64,000 nucleotides of DNA, from NCBI GenBank assembly GCA_964619835.1, contig CAZUFP010000002.1, positions 48,716 to 112,715 on the forward strand. The letters are read 5' to 3'. Shown piece by piece: positions 27,344 to 36,870 of the stretch. A program made the translations under genes and the position numbers. The notes beneath the pieces are model-generated. The model was not told the origin of the DNA and did no database searches. It saw nothing but the letters and a program-made list of their open reading frames with translations. Each line of letters starts with the position of its first letter. Positions within the stretch are counted from its first letter, which is position 1. This DNA comes from an uncultured Gemmatimonadaceae bacterium (GTDB lineage: Bacteria; Gemmatimonadota; Gemmatimonadetes; Longimicrobiales; RSA9).

Positions 27344-27548
27344 CTAAAAAAACCTAGTGCGCGTCCCGGCCGGTGTCAAGATGCGCGCCGACCGAAAGAA
27401 CGGCGCCCGGCGCGGCGAGCGGTGGGGATGGCGGCGGGTCGGCGCAGTGGGGCGGAGGGGCCGTCGGGAACGGAACGTGCCGGGTATGGCGCCCGTCGGC
27501 GGGCGGGAGCCCGTCCTGAAACGATCGAGCGTATCGGGGTGCGGACCC

Positions 27549-28349
27549 ATGATACAGGTGAAGGCTGGGGTGCTGGCGCTGCTGCTGGCGGTGCCGTCGG
27601 GCCTCGTGGCGCAGTCCGCCGGTGGTAGTGGGAGCCTGCTGCAGCCGCGGGACGCTGCGTTGCTGGGCGGTTTCGTGGTGGGTGGTGCGGCGCTGTACCA
27701 TTACGATCAGAAGATTGCGAACTGGTGGCAGCGTCCGGGGGTCCAGGATCCGTCGGGCCTTCGGACGGCGATGGACGTGTTTCGCGCGACGGGCGGCATC
27801 GGCCCGGAGATCGCGACGGTGGGCATGTACGTGGGGGGGCGGCTGGGTCATGATCGCCGGTTGACACTGCTGAGCGTGCACGCGGCGGAATCCATCATCG
27901 TGTCGGAGCTGGTGACGTCGACGATCAAGGGGTTGGCGGGTCGTGCGCGTCCGTACATGGGGCTGGGGCCGCGGGACTTCAAGCTGCTGCGGGGGATGCG
28001 GCAAGGCAGCGATTACCAGTCGATGCCCTCGGGGCACACGACGAACGCGTTTGCGTTTGCGTCGCTGATCACGGCGGACGTAGCGCGCTGGTGGCCGAAG
28101 CAGAAATGGGTGGTGGGTCCGGTGGCGTACGGGTTCGCGACCCTGGTGGGCGCATCGCGTGTGTACCACAATGCACACTGGGCGAGTGACGTGGCGGGCG
28201 GCGCGCTGGTGGGCACGTTGGGCGGCATCCTGGTTTCCCGTTACAACGCGATGCACCCGGACAACTGGGTCGAGCGTTGGGGGCTGATGTTCCCGTCCTT
28301 TCCCGGAAATTCGCCGATGCTGACGGTGTCGATTCCGGTTTCGTTCTGA
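27549..28349 (+). CDS. PAP2 family lipid phosphatase (classic acid-phosphatase motifs), secreted/membrane
   Basis: All three PAP2 motifs are present: KGLAGRARP, PSGH and SRVYHNAHWASD. N-terminal signal sequence. ATG at 27549. Confidence 0.85.
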   Translation: MIQVKAGVLALLLAVPSGLVAQSAGGSGSLLQPRDAALLGGFVVGGAALYHYDQKIANWWQRPGVQDPSGLRTAMDVFRATGGIGPEIATVGMYVGGRLGHDRRLTLLSVHAAESIIVSELVTSTIKGLAGRARPYMGLGPRDFKLLRGMRQGSDYQSMPSGHTTNAFAFASLITADVARWWPKQKWVVGPVAYGFATLVGASRVYHNAHWASDVAGGALVGTLGGILVSRYNAMHPDNWVERWGLMFPSFPGNSPMLTVSIPVSF

Positions 28350-28362
28350 GCAAGGGAGGCGC

Positions 28363-29286
28363 ATGGGGCGTGTGATCGTCGTGTTCGGCGGTGGTGGGCT
28401 GAAGGGCCTGGCGCACGTGGGGGCGTGGCGCGCGATCGTGGAATCGGGCCTGGAGGTATCGGAGCTCATCGGCACGAGCATCGGCGCCCTGGTCGCGGCC
28501 TCCATCGCGGGCGGCGTCACCCCGGACGAGCTGGAGCGGCGGGCGCTGGCGTTGGAACGCAGGGACATCGTAGCGTTCAACCGTTGGGCGCTCCTGGTGA
28601 ACGGGGTCAAGCAGCCTTCGTTGTTCCGGGACGAGCCGTTCCGGGAGTACATCGCCGAGGCGCTGCCGGCGAAGCGGTTCGAGGAGCTGAGCCTGCCCAT
28701 GGCGGCGAACGCGGTGGACCTGGAGACGGGCGAGGAGGTGTGGTTCGGGGCGGGTGGTCGGGCGGACGTGCCATTGGCGGACGCAGTGTACGCGTCGTGC
28801 GCGCTGCCGGTGTTCTACCCACCGGCCCAGGTGGATGGCCGGTATTACGTGGACGGCGGCGTGAGGGACACACTGCCGGTGCGGCGCGCGGCGGAGCGGG
28901 GTGCAGACCTGGTCATCGCGGTGGATGTGTCGGCGGGCCAGGCGAAGTCGGCGGAGGAGACCGTCGGCAAGGGGATGATCGCCGTGAGCCACCGGGCGTT
29001 TGACATCATGGCGTTCGCCCGGCGGGAGGAGGTGCACCGCTCCTGGTCAGGTCCGCCGATCGTGCAGGTGCGTCCGCGTCTGAACGGTTACTCGACCTTC
29101 GATTTCGACAACACGCGATATTTCCTGGACGAAGGCTACCGGGCGATGCACGCGGCGTGGAAGGCGTACCGGCACGTGGTGGAGCAGGAGCCACCGGCCG
29201 GGCCGCAGCGTCAGCGGGCGATCCCCGCGTTCCCGGGCCTGCGCGCGCTGGCACGCCGGCTGCGGGGCCGGCCGGGCGGGGACTGA
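28363..29286 (+). CDS. Patatin-like phospholipase
   Basis: Oxyanion motif GGGGLKG, nucleophile elbow GTSIG, and the catalytic Asp in YVDGGV. Confidence 0.9.
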   Translation: MGRVIVVFGGGGLKGLAHVGAWRAIVESGLEVSELIGTSIGALVAASIAGGVTPDELERRALALERRDIVAFNRWALLVNGVKQPSLFRDEPFREYIAEALPAKRFEELSLPMAANAVDLETGEEVWFGAGGRADVPLADAVYASCALPVFYPPAQVDGRYYVDGGVRDTLPVRRAAERGADLVIAVDVSAGQAKSAEETVGKGMIAVSHRAFDIMAFARREEVHRSWSGPPIVQVRPRLNGYSTFDFDNTRYFLDEGYRAMHAAWKAYRHVVEQEPPAGPQRQRAIPAFPGLRALARRLRGRPGGD

Positions 29287-29355
29287 CACACCACCGGGGC
29301 GGTCCAGGGCGCAGACACGCGCCCGAACCGCTCCGCGAATGCGCCGCCGAAGGGG

Positions 29356-29850
29356 TCAGAGACCCGGCGGAATGGTGTCGGGTTGGGCCGCCGCGGGCGT
29401 CGGTTGGGCCGTCGCGGGGGCCGGGCGCGCCGTCGATTCGGCGGGCACGCGCATGGCCGGCGGCGCTTCGCCGCGAATCCGCGCGAACAGACCCGACAGC
29501 ATGTCGGCCGCGTCAGGGTTGGCGCGGGAGAGCGCGGTGATGACGTTGTCGCGCTCGGCCAGGATGGGCTCGAACGGCGTCCGCTGGTCCGGCACCATGG
29601 AGTCGACCGCGGTCTGGAGACCGGTAAAGAAGGAGCTCGCTTCACGGCGGGCCTGCTCGTAGTTCCCCCGCTGGGCCTCGAATGCGGTCTGGCCGAGCTC
29701 CACATACAGGGTCTGCACTTCCAGCTGGGCGCGGGTCGCGGCGAGGTCCTTCCGCAGCTGCAGGACCTTCGTGTACTGCCATCCGTAGCCCACGCCGAAC
29801 GCGATGATGATCGCGAGGATCGCGACCAGCCAGCCTTTTCCACTCTTCAC
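29356..29850 (-). CDS. Hypothetical single-pass membrane protein with a coiled-coil-like region and a Pro/Ala-rich tail
   Basis: The GTG start at 29850 forms a GTGA overlap with the PBP4 stop. N-terminal TM helix WLVAILAIIIAFGVGYGW. Confidence 0.55.
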   Translation of the reverse strand: MKSGKGWLVAILAIIIAFGVGYGWQYTKVLQLRKDLAATRAQLEVQTLYVELGQTAFEAQRGNYEQARREASSFFTGLQTAVDSMVPDQRTPFEPILAERDNVITALSRANPDAADMLSGLFARIRGEAPPAMRVPAESTARPAPATAQPTPAAAQPDTIPPGL

Positions 29851-31520
29851 GGTGCGCTCCTGATCGTGGTCATTGCTTCGACGATCGCGTCGATCGCCGC
29901 TCGCACATCCCCGGACGGGACTCCGGACGCGTTCGTCAGGATGCTGAACGCCAGCCGTCTGCCGTCGGCGGCGGTAAGATACCCGCTGAGGGCGTTAACG
30001 TGCCGGATGGTCCCCGTCTTGGCGTACAGCCGCCCTTCGAGCGCTTCCAACCGGTGCTCGAGGGTGCCCTCCTGTCCGGGCTCCGCCATGCCCTGCCGGT
30101 AGCGCGCGCCCCAGGGCTGCTCATCCACGAACCGCAGGAGCTGCACCACGGCGTTGGGAGTGACGAGGTCCTGGGCGGAAAGACCCGACCCGTCCCGCAG
30201 ATACACGGCGCCGGAATCGACCCCGACGACACCGTACAGGTAATGGTACTCGGCGCGTATGCCGGCCGTCCAGCTACCGTCGCCTTCCAGGCGGGCGCCG
30301 AGGGTCTTGAGCAGCGACTCGGCGATCCAGTTCTGGCTAGGCTTGAGCAGACCGGCGACGATGTCGGCCAGCGGCGGCGATGTCCAGGTGGCGACGCGGA
30401 CGGCCACTCCGCCGCCGGGCAGCTGCACGGTGTCGGGCCATGTGTCGGCGGCCCGTGGATCCGGCAGTGTGATGCAAACCGTGTCCGGCTCGGGTTGCCG
30501 GCGCGTGCGTGGGTCCACCCGGCAGCTCTGGACCGGCGTGCATGGCCCATTGCACACCGGAGTGGGCTGGACGGGGAGCAACGCGGCGGAAGCGGCCGAG
30601 TCGTCGACGACCTCCAGGCTGTCGGCCGGCATGCCGATGGAGTCCAGGGCGGCCTGGAGCTGCAGGCCCAGGTAGCGGGCGGGGTCCGCCACGGCGATCC
30701 AGGAGGTGTCGGGCCCCCGGTCCACGGCGATGGTGCCCGAGAGAGTCAGGGTGTCGGCGCCGAACCGGCGGTTGTAGTCCACATCGCTGCCGGTGCCCGC
30801 GCTGTCGGAGATGACGGAATCGAGGACCACGAGCGCGCCGGCGGGCGCGAGCACATCGACGCTCGCGGCGTCGCCGGGCCGCGCGCCGGGGGTCACGACG
30901 ACGGCGACTGCGCCTTCTCCGGCCTCCGCACCGCGCACCGGCGCGGCATAGGACCAGGGCTCATCGCCGGCTTCCCAGGACGGGTTGTAACCGCGGGCCT
31001 CGAAGTAGCTGGCGTCGATGGCGATGCGCTGGACGTGGCGGATGCCCGCCAGGGCGACGGAGTCCGCGAGCGAGTCGGCCACGGAGAAATCGTCCGGGTT
31101 AAACCGTCCGGAAAACGTCGGGTCGCCCCGCCCGACCAGGACGAGGGTGCGCGCCACGGTGTCGGCGGCCGGGTCGAGCACGGCATAGATGGGCGTATGG
31201 TAGCGCCAGTCGGGCCCCAACGTGCCCATGGACACGGTGGTGACGACGAGCTTGGTGTTGGACGCCGGCACGAAGTGCTTCCGTGCGTTGAGCTGGAAGA
31301 GCGGCCGTTCCGCGTCCAGGTCGTAGACCTCGATGCCCCAGGCGGTGCGCTCGAGGGGCGGCGTGCTCGTGATGGAGTCGACCAGCTCGATGAACTCGGG
31401 CCGGGGCGCCGCCGTCAGGACCGGGGTAGGCATGTGCGGCGCGGGGCCGGCGGGGCCTCCGCCGCATGCCGCGGCCAGCATCGTGGCTCCGGCGAGCGGG
31501 AGAAACGTTCGATGTCGCAT
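29847..31520 (-). CDS. dacB: D-alanyl-D-alanine carboxypeptidase/endopeptidase (PBP4, peptidase S13)
   Basis: SxxK motif in PASNTKL, KTG motif in AKTGTIRHVNALSGY, and a signal/lipobox-like N-terminus (LAAACGG). Confidence 0.85.
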   Translation of the reverse strand: MRHRTFLPLAGATMLAAACGGGPAGPAPHMPTPVLTAAPRPEFIELVDSITSTPPLERTAWGIEVYDLDAERPLFQLNARKHFVPASNTKLVVTTVSMGTLGPDWRYHTPIYAVLDPAADTVARTLVLVGRGDPTFSGRFNPDDFSVADSLADSVALAGIRHVQRIAIDASYFEARGYNPSWEAGDEPWSYAAPVRGAEAGEGAVAVVVTPGARPGDAASVDVLAPAGALVVLDSVISDSAGTGSDVDYNRRFGADTLTLSGTIAVDRGPDTSWIAVADPARYLGLQLQAALDSIGMPADSLEVVDDSAASAALLPVQPTPVCNGPCTPVQSCRVDPRTRRQPEPDTVCITLPDPRAADTWPDTVQLPGGGVAVRVATWTSPPLADIVAGLLKPSQNWIAESLLKTLGARLEGDGSWTAGIRAEYHYLYGVVGVDSGAVYLRDGSGLSAQDLVTPNAVVQLLRFVDEQPWGARYRQGMAEPGQEGTLEHRLEALEGRLYAKTGTIRHVNALSGYLTAADGRRLAFSILTNASGVPSGDVRAAIDAIVEAMTTIRSAP

Positions 31521-31643
31521 GGCTTCTTCGTGAAGGAACGGGGCGGATCTGCCGGAGAAGATGCGCGCTGCGGGGTCGTCGCGCCAACCCCCGTTCGTCC
31601 CTTATCTTGCGCGGGACCCGTTCCTCGATCCGGAGGCGAGCGC

Positions 31644-33479
31644 ATGCAAACCCTGGAGCCCCGCGCCACAGCGCGCAGATTGACTCGTGCGCCGGCGTTC
31701 TCCGTTCCCGCCGCCGTTTCCATCGCGGCGGGCTCGCTGGTGGGCGCCCTGGCGGCATTGCTGGCGCGGGCGAGCGCGACGCCTCCGCACATCGTGTCCC
31801 GCCTCGGCGTGGAGCCCATCCCCGGGGCCGACTGGGGATCGCACTGGACCGCCGGTGCCGTTTCGCCGGCAGCCCAGCAGGCGAGCCACCTGAACGCCCT
31901 GACGGTGACGCTGCTGGCCACGGCGGCGTTGGTGCTGGGCATCGCAACCCTCAATCTGCTGGTGCTCATGGGCGGGCGGGCGTCCTCGCGCCGGCGTGAA
32001 ATGGCAGTTCGGTTCGCACTGGGCCCCTCGGGCCTCCGCCTGCTGGCCCCGCTCGTCATGGAGGGCGTGCTGCTGGCAGGCCTGGGGGCCGCTCTCGCGG
32101 CCGCCGGTGCGTCTCTGGCCCTGCCTGCGTTGCAGCACAGCATGCCGTCCGGCCTGCATGCGGCGCTCCCCGCCGACCTCTGGCTGGCGCTGGGCCTGGT
32201 GGGCGCGCCGCTACTGCTGACGGGCCTTCTTGCGCTTCTTCCGGTCCTGGACGTGCTGACGCTGCCCATGGCGCCGCAGCTCGCGGCCGGCGGCCGGGCC
32301 ACCACCGGCCGGGGGACGGGTCTCCTGCGCGACGCCCTCGTCATCGCCCAGTTGATGGGCGCCGTTGTGCTGCTCTTCGGCGCCGGCCTGCTGTTACGCA
32401 AGACGGACGCGGCACGGACGGCGTCCGCGATGGGGGTGGATGGGGAGCACGTGTTGGTGGCGATGGTGGAGCCGAAGGCGGCCGGCAACGTGTTGGCCCG
32501 GCGGGCGGAGGTCGAGCGGGTGCTGAGCCGGGTCCGTGCGGCGCCGGGCGTGGAGGCGGCCGGGCTGGGGAGCATGGGGGCGGTCCTGGGCGTCGGCACG
32601 CGTGACGTCGTGATCACCGACTGCCAGTGTTCACTCGGCGGGTTGCCCACGCCATTCGCCACCGCGGAAGTCGAGATCCACGGGGTAACGCCGGGCTTCT
32701 TCGACACGCTGGGCGTGCAGCCCCTGGAGGGCGCCGATGCGCCTCTGGCGGCCAGCCCGGACGGGCCCACGGTCATCGTCAATCGGGCGCTGCTGGAAAG
32801 CCGCATACTCGGCTCCCACGAGCTCACGAAACATATCCAGCTGGGGGGCCCGCTGGGGGCCTGGTACCGCGTTGCGGGTGTCGTAGAGAACGTCGAAGCG
32901 CCGGGCGTCGGCAACGGCCCGACGCCCGCGCCGGCGGCCTACGTGTCCGCGCTGCAGGACCCGCCACGCGCACTGCGGGTGGTCGTGCGCACCACCACCC
33001 CTGCGGAGGCTGCGGCGACAGTCGTGGAATCGGTGTTGCAGGCCGCAGCCCCGCGCGCCCGTGTCGACGCGGAGCCGTTGCTGGCCCTGCTGCGCCGGTT
33101 CGCGGCGCCACTCCGCTGGTTCGGCTGGCTCGCCATGGTGCTGGGGCTCGGCGCCGGGTTCCTGGCCGGCTACGGGGTCTTCTCGGTCTCCGGCTACGCG
33201 GTCGCGCTGCGGCGGCGTGAGCTGGGCATCCGCATGGCGCTGGGCGCCCGCGGCCGCCGTGTTGCCTAGCTGGTCATCGGACGCATGCTGCGCCTCGCCC
33301 TCATCGGCGGCGCCGCCGGCCTGGCCGTTACGGTGTCGGTCATGCGCGGCGTCAACGTCGGCGACCCCGCTCTGCTGTCCGCCATCCTGGGAACACTGGT
33401 CGTGACCGCGACGGCGGGCGCCGCGCTGCCCGCCTGGCGCGCCACGCGTGTGGACCCCGCCGACGTGCTCCGGGAATGA
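31644..33479 (+). pseudogene. Duplicated FtsX-domain (ADOP/MacB-like) orphan permease, interrupted by an in-frame TAG at 33267-33269
   Basis: There are two FtsX-type modules. The second one reads ...ELGIRMALGARGRRVA*LVIGRMLRLALIGGAAGL...RATRVDPADVLRE, with the stop inside the conserved post-TM2 segment. The downstream 64-codon ORF (33285-33479) is in the same frame. No ABC ATPase gene is adjacent. Confidence 0.7.
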
Positions 33480-33522
33480 CGCATTTCTTCAACGACAACC
33501 CTCGAATGAAGCGATAGAGACC

Positions 33523-34992
33523 ATGACTCGCGAGATTCTCCCCCCCGGCAGCGCCGACATGGCGCCCGAAGAGTTCCGACGCCACGGCTACGCCGTGGTG
33601 GACCGCATCGCCGAATACCTGGCGCACCCCGAGCGGTGGAACGTGCTCGCGCAGATTCAACCGGGCGACGTCACCCGCGAGATTCCCGGCTCGCCGCCCG
33701 AGGAAGCGCAGGCGATGGAGGCCATCCTCGCCGACTACGACCGCGTCATAGTGCCGGGCACCACGCACTGGAACCACCCGGGCTTCTTCGCCTACTTCGG
33801 CATCACGGCCTCAGGCCCGGGCATCCTGGGCGAGATGCTGGCCGCGTCGCTCAACGTGAACGCCATGCTCTGGCGGTCCGGCCCCGCGGAGACGGAGCTG
33901 GAGGACGCCGTGCTGGACTGGCTCCGCCAGATCCTGGGCCTGCCCGAAGGTCTGGATGGCACCATCAACGACACCGCCTCGTCCAGCACCATGTACGCTC
34001 TGGCCGCCGCGCGGGAGCGGGCCGGAGACCTGGGCATCCGCCAGCAGGGCCTGGCCGGCCGCGACGACGTGCCGCCGCTGCGGGTCTACTGCTCCGAAGA
34101 GGCGCACTCCAGCGTGGACAAGGCGGTCATCACGCTCGGTCTGGGCCTGGACAACGTCGTGCGCCTGCCCAGCGACTCCGAGTTCCGCATGGTGCCCGAG
34201 GTGCTCCAGCGGGCCATCAGCCAGGACCGAGCGCAGGGCCGGCGCCCGCTGGCCGTGGTGGCCACGGTGGGCACCACCGGCGTCACGGCGGTGGATCCGG
34301 TGCCGGAGATCGCCGACATCTGCCAGCGCGAAGGCCTGTGGTTGCACGTGGACGCCGCGTACGGCGGCTCCGCGGCCGCCATTCCCGAGATGCGCTGGGT
34401 GCTGGATGGCTGCGACCGGGCGGACTCCCTCGTGGTGAACCCGCACAAGTGGATGTTCACGCCCATCGACTGCTCCGTCCTCTACACGCGCCACCCGCAC
34501 CTGCTGCGCGGGGCGTTCAGCCTGACACCGGAGTACCTGAAGACGGCGGAGCAGGACCGCGTGAAGAACCTGATGGACTACGGCGTGGCCCTGGGCCGCC
34601 GCTTCCGCGCCCTCAAGCTCTGGTTCGTGCTGCGCTACTTCGGCGCCAACGGCATTGCAGACCGGCTGCGGGAGCACCTGCGCATGGCAAAGGAACTCCA
34701 GGGTTGGGTGGACGAGGCCGACGACTGGGACCGCCTTGCTCCGGTGCTCTTCTCCGTCGTGGCGTTCCGCTACCACCCCGCGGGCGTGGACGATGAGCAG
34801 GAGCTGGAGCGGCTCAACGCGGCCGTGCTGGACCGTGTCAACGCGACGGGCGAGGTGTTCATGTCCCACACGAAGGTACGGGGCCGCTACGCCATCCGCA
34901 TCGCCATCGGCAACCTGCGGACGACCCAAGCGCACGTCCGGCGCGCGTGGGAGCTGCTGGGCCGGGCAGCGCAGGAAATCCGGGGCGCGTAG
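33523..34992 (+). CDS. Group II PLP-dependent decarboxylase (aromatic-L-amino-acid decarboxylase-like)
   Basis: HWNHPGFFAYF, the PLP-lysine motif NPHKWMFTPIDCS, and overall AADC-like length (489 aa). Confidence 0.9.
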   Translation: MTREILPPGSADMAPEEFRRHGYAVVDRIAEYLAHPERWNVLAQIQPGDVTREIPGSPPEEAQAMEAILADYDRVIVPGTTHWNHPGFFAYFGITASGPGILGEMLAASLNVNAMLWRSGPAETELEDAVLDWLRQILGLPEGLDGTINDTASSSTMYALAAARERAGDLGIRQQGLAGRDDVPPLRVYCSEEAHSSVDKAVITLGLGLDNVVRLPSDSEFRMVPEVLQRAISQDRAQGRRPLAVVATVGTTGVTAVDPVPEIADICQREGLWLHVDAAYGGSAAAIPEMRWVLDGCDRADSLVVNPHKWMFTPIDCSVLYTRHPHLLRGAFSLTPEYLKTAEQDRVKNLMDYGVALGRRFRALKLWFVLRYFGANGIADRLREHLRMAKELQGWVDEADDWDRLAPVLFSVVAFRYHPAGVDDEQELERLNAAVLDRVNATGEVFMSHTKVRGRYAIRIAIGNLRTTQAHVRRAWELLGRAAQEIRGA

Positions 34993-35216
34993 GTGCCCCG
35001 CTTGCAGAGCCCGGCGAAGGGAGAGCGGACAACGCAAAGCGGGATCGGATTCACCTTGAACGGCATGGCGGGTACCCCGTCCGCGCCGATGCCCGGCGCG
35101 CGGGGACCGGGAAGCCGGCGAAGCCCGGGACGCAGATCCGATCCCCATTTCCGCTTTCCGGTTCCCGCCGACCAGCGCCCGGGCACGGCGCCCTCACCCC
35201 AAAGGCCGGGCCACCC

Positions 35217-35645
35217 ATGGCACCTGAAATACGAATCCACTCCCGGCTGACGATCCCGGAATCGGAGCTGCATTTCCGCGCTTCGCGCTCGGGCGGGCCG
35301 GGCGGCCAGCACGTGAACACGTCCTCGACGAAGGTGGAGCTGTCGTGGGACGTGGCGGGCTCGCCGTCGCTCTCGGAACCGCAGCGTGCCCGCGTGCTCA
35401 AACGGCTGGCCAACCGGATCGATGGGAACGGCGTTCTGCACCTGACGGAAGGCGGCAGCCGCAGCCAGCACCGGAACCGGGAAACGGTGACGGAGCGGTT
35501 CGTGTTGCTGGTGCGCAACGCTGTGCGCAGGCAGAAACGGCGCATTCCCACGAAGCCGACGAAGGCCTCGAAGGAGCGACGGTTGGAGTCAAAGAAACAG
35601 CAGTCCCGCAAGAAGAAGCTGCGGAAGCCGCCGGAGCCCGACTAG
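35217..35645 (+). CDS. arfB: Alternative ribosome-rescue factor ArfB (peptidyl-tRNA hydrolase, RF-1 domain)
   Basis: GGQ motif (SGGPGGQHVNT) and a lysine/arginine-rich C-terminal tail. About 142 aa. Confidence 0.9.
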   Translation: MAPEIRIHSRLTIPESELHFRASRSGGPGGQHVNTSSTKVELSWDVAGSPSLSEPQRARVLKRLANRIDGNGVLHLTEGGSRSQHRNRETVTERFVLLVRNAVRRQKRRIPTKPTKASKERRLESKKQQSRKKKLRKPPEPD

Positions 35646-36751
35646 CTGAATTCCCGGAACGACTCCTGGATCTCCTCCAGGAAGGCCGTGTCGACGTCCA
35701 CGCCGAGGCCGGGGCCCGTGGGCACGCTCACGGTGCCGTCGTCGTTCAACGTGAACTCCGGCCGCACGACATCCCGCGCCCAGTACCGGCGGCTGGCGGA
35801 CGTGTCCCCGGGCAACAACACGTTGGGAAGGCTGGCCAGCGCGACGTTGTGGGCCCGCCCGATTCCCGATTCCAGCATGCCACCGATCCACACCGGCCAG
35901 CCGGCGTCGCGGCAGAGGTCGTGGATGGCCAGGGACGCGGCGTGGCCGCCGACGCGGCCGGGCTTGATGTTCACCATGCGGCCGGCCCGTAGCGCGATGG
36001 CTTCCCGGCAACGAGCCGCACTCGTGATGGATTCGTCGAGACAGACCGGTGTGTCGATGCGGCGCTGCAGCTCCGCGTGCAACAACAGGTCGTCCTCGGG
36101 GAACGGCTGTTCGATCAACAGCAGGCCCAGGGCATCCAGCCCGCACAGCCGGTCCAGGTCGGCGGCCCCGTACGCCGCATTGGCATCCACCGTCAGCGGC
36201 AGGTCGGGGAACTCGTGGCGCACGGCACGCACCATGTCCACGTCGTGGCCCGGCGCGATCTTGAGTTTGACCCGCTGGTAGCCGTCATCGACGAACTGCC
36301 CGATCCGGTGAAACAGCGTGGCCAGGTCCGGCTGGAGGCCGATGCTGACGCCCGTAGGGACACGCGTCCGCTCGCCGCCCAGAGTCCGGGCCAGCGGCTC
36401 GCCCCGCTCCCGCGCCACGGCATCCCACGCCGCCATCTCGATGGCGGCCTTCGCCATGTTGTGGCCGCGGGCCGCGCCGTCGAGCGCCGCCGCGATTTCC
36501 ACGGGCTCCTCAAAGTCCAGGCCCAGGACGGCCGGTATGAGCCACGCCTCGAGTGCCCAGGCAGCGGTCTCGTTCGTCTCGTACGAGTAGTTTGGCGCCT
36601 CACCGGCCACGCATTCGGCGTGGGCCGTGGTTCCATCCGTGTCCATGGACAGCAGGAGGATCCGGCGATGGAACGTCTCGCCGGACGAGATGCGGAACGG
36701 CTCCGTGAGCCGCAACCGCACTGTTCGCAGGCTGATCCGCTCGATGCGCAT
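35642..36751 (-). CDS. Enolase-superfamily enzyme, MenC subgroup (o-succinylbenzoate synthase / N-acylamino acid racemase-like)
   Basis: KLKI (KxK), DANAAY, IEQP, LDES and NIKPGRVGG catalytic/metal motifs. Confidence 0.85.
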   Translation of the reverse strand: MRIERISLRTVRLRLTEPFRISSGETFHRRILLLSMDTDGTTAHAECVAGEAPNYSYETNETAAWALEAWLIPAVLGLDFEEPVEIAAALDGAARGHNMAKAAIEMAAWDAVARERGEPLARTLGGERTRVPTGVSIGLQPDLATLFHRIGQFVDDGYQRVKLKIAPGHDVDMVRAVRHEFPDLPLTVDANAAYGAADLDRLCGLDALGLLLIEQPFPEDDLLLHAELQRRIDTPVCLDESITSAARCREAIALRAGRMVNIKPGRVGGHAASLAIHDLCRDAGWPVWIGGMLESGIGRAHNVALASLPNVLLPGDTSASRRYWARDVVRPEFTLNDDGTVSVPTGPGLGVDVDTAFLEEIQESFREFS

Positions 36752-36870
36752 GTCGTTTCAAGTCTTGAAGGTGCGGAAAACAGCGTGTAATTTGCGGGGC
36801 AGACCTTCCGCGTGCCAGGTGCCGTTTCCTCTCCCGGCCTGGCGCCAGGCGTTCCGAGGCCGTCGACAGG

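Noticed and set aside
28363-29286. Patatin-like phospholipase as a CBASS-type (CapV-like) defence effector
   Set aside because: There is no cyclic-oligonucleotide synthase, SAVED/STING sensor or other defence gene adjacent. The neighbour is a PAP2 phosphatase, which fits lipid metabolism better.
30000-31643. N-terminal 548 codons of the 1089-aa plus-strand ORF
   Set aside because: This part is antisense to the well-supported PBP4 gene and has no permease-like sequence. The real permease begins around ATG 31644, where TM/FtsX-like sequence starts.
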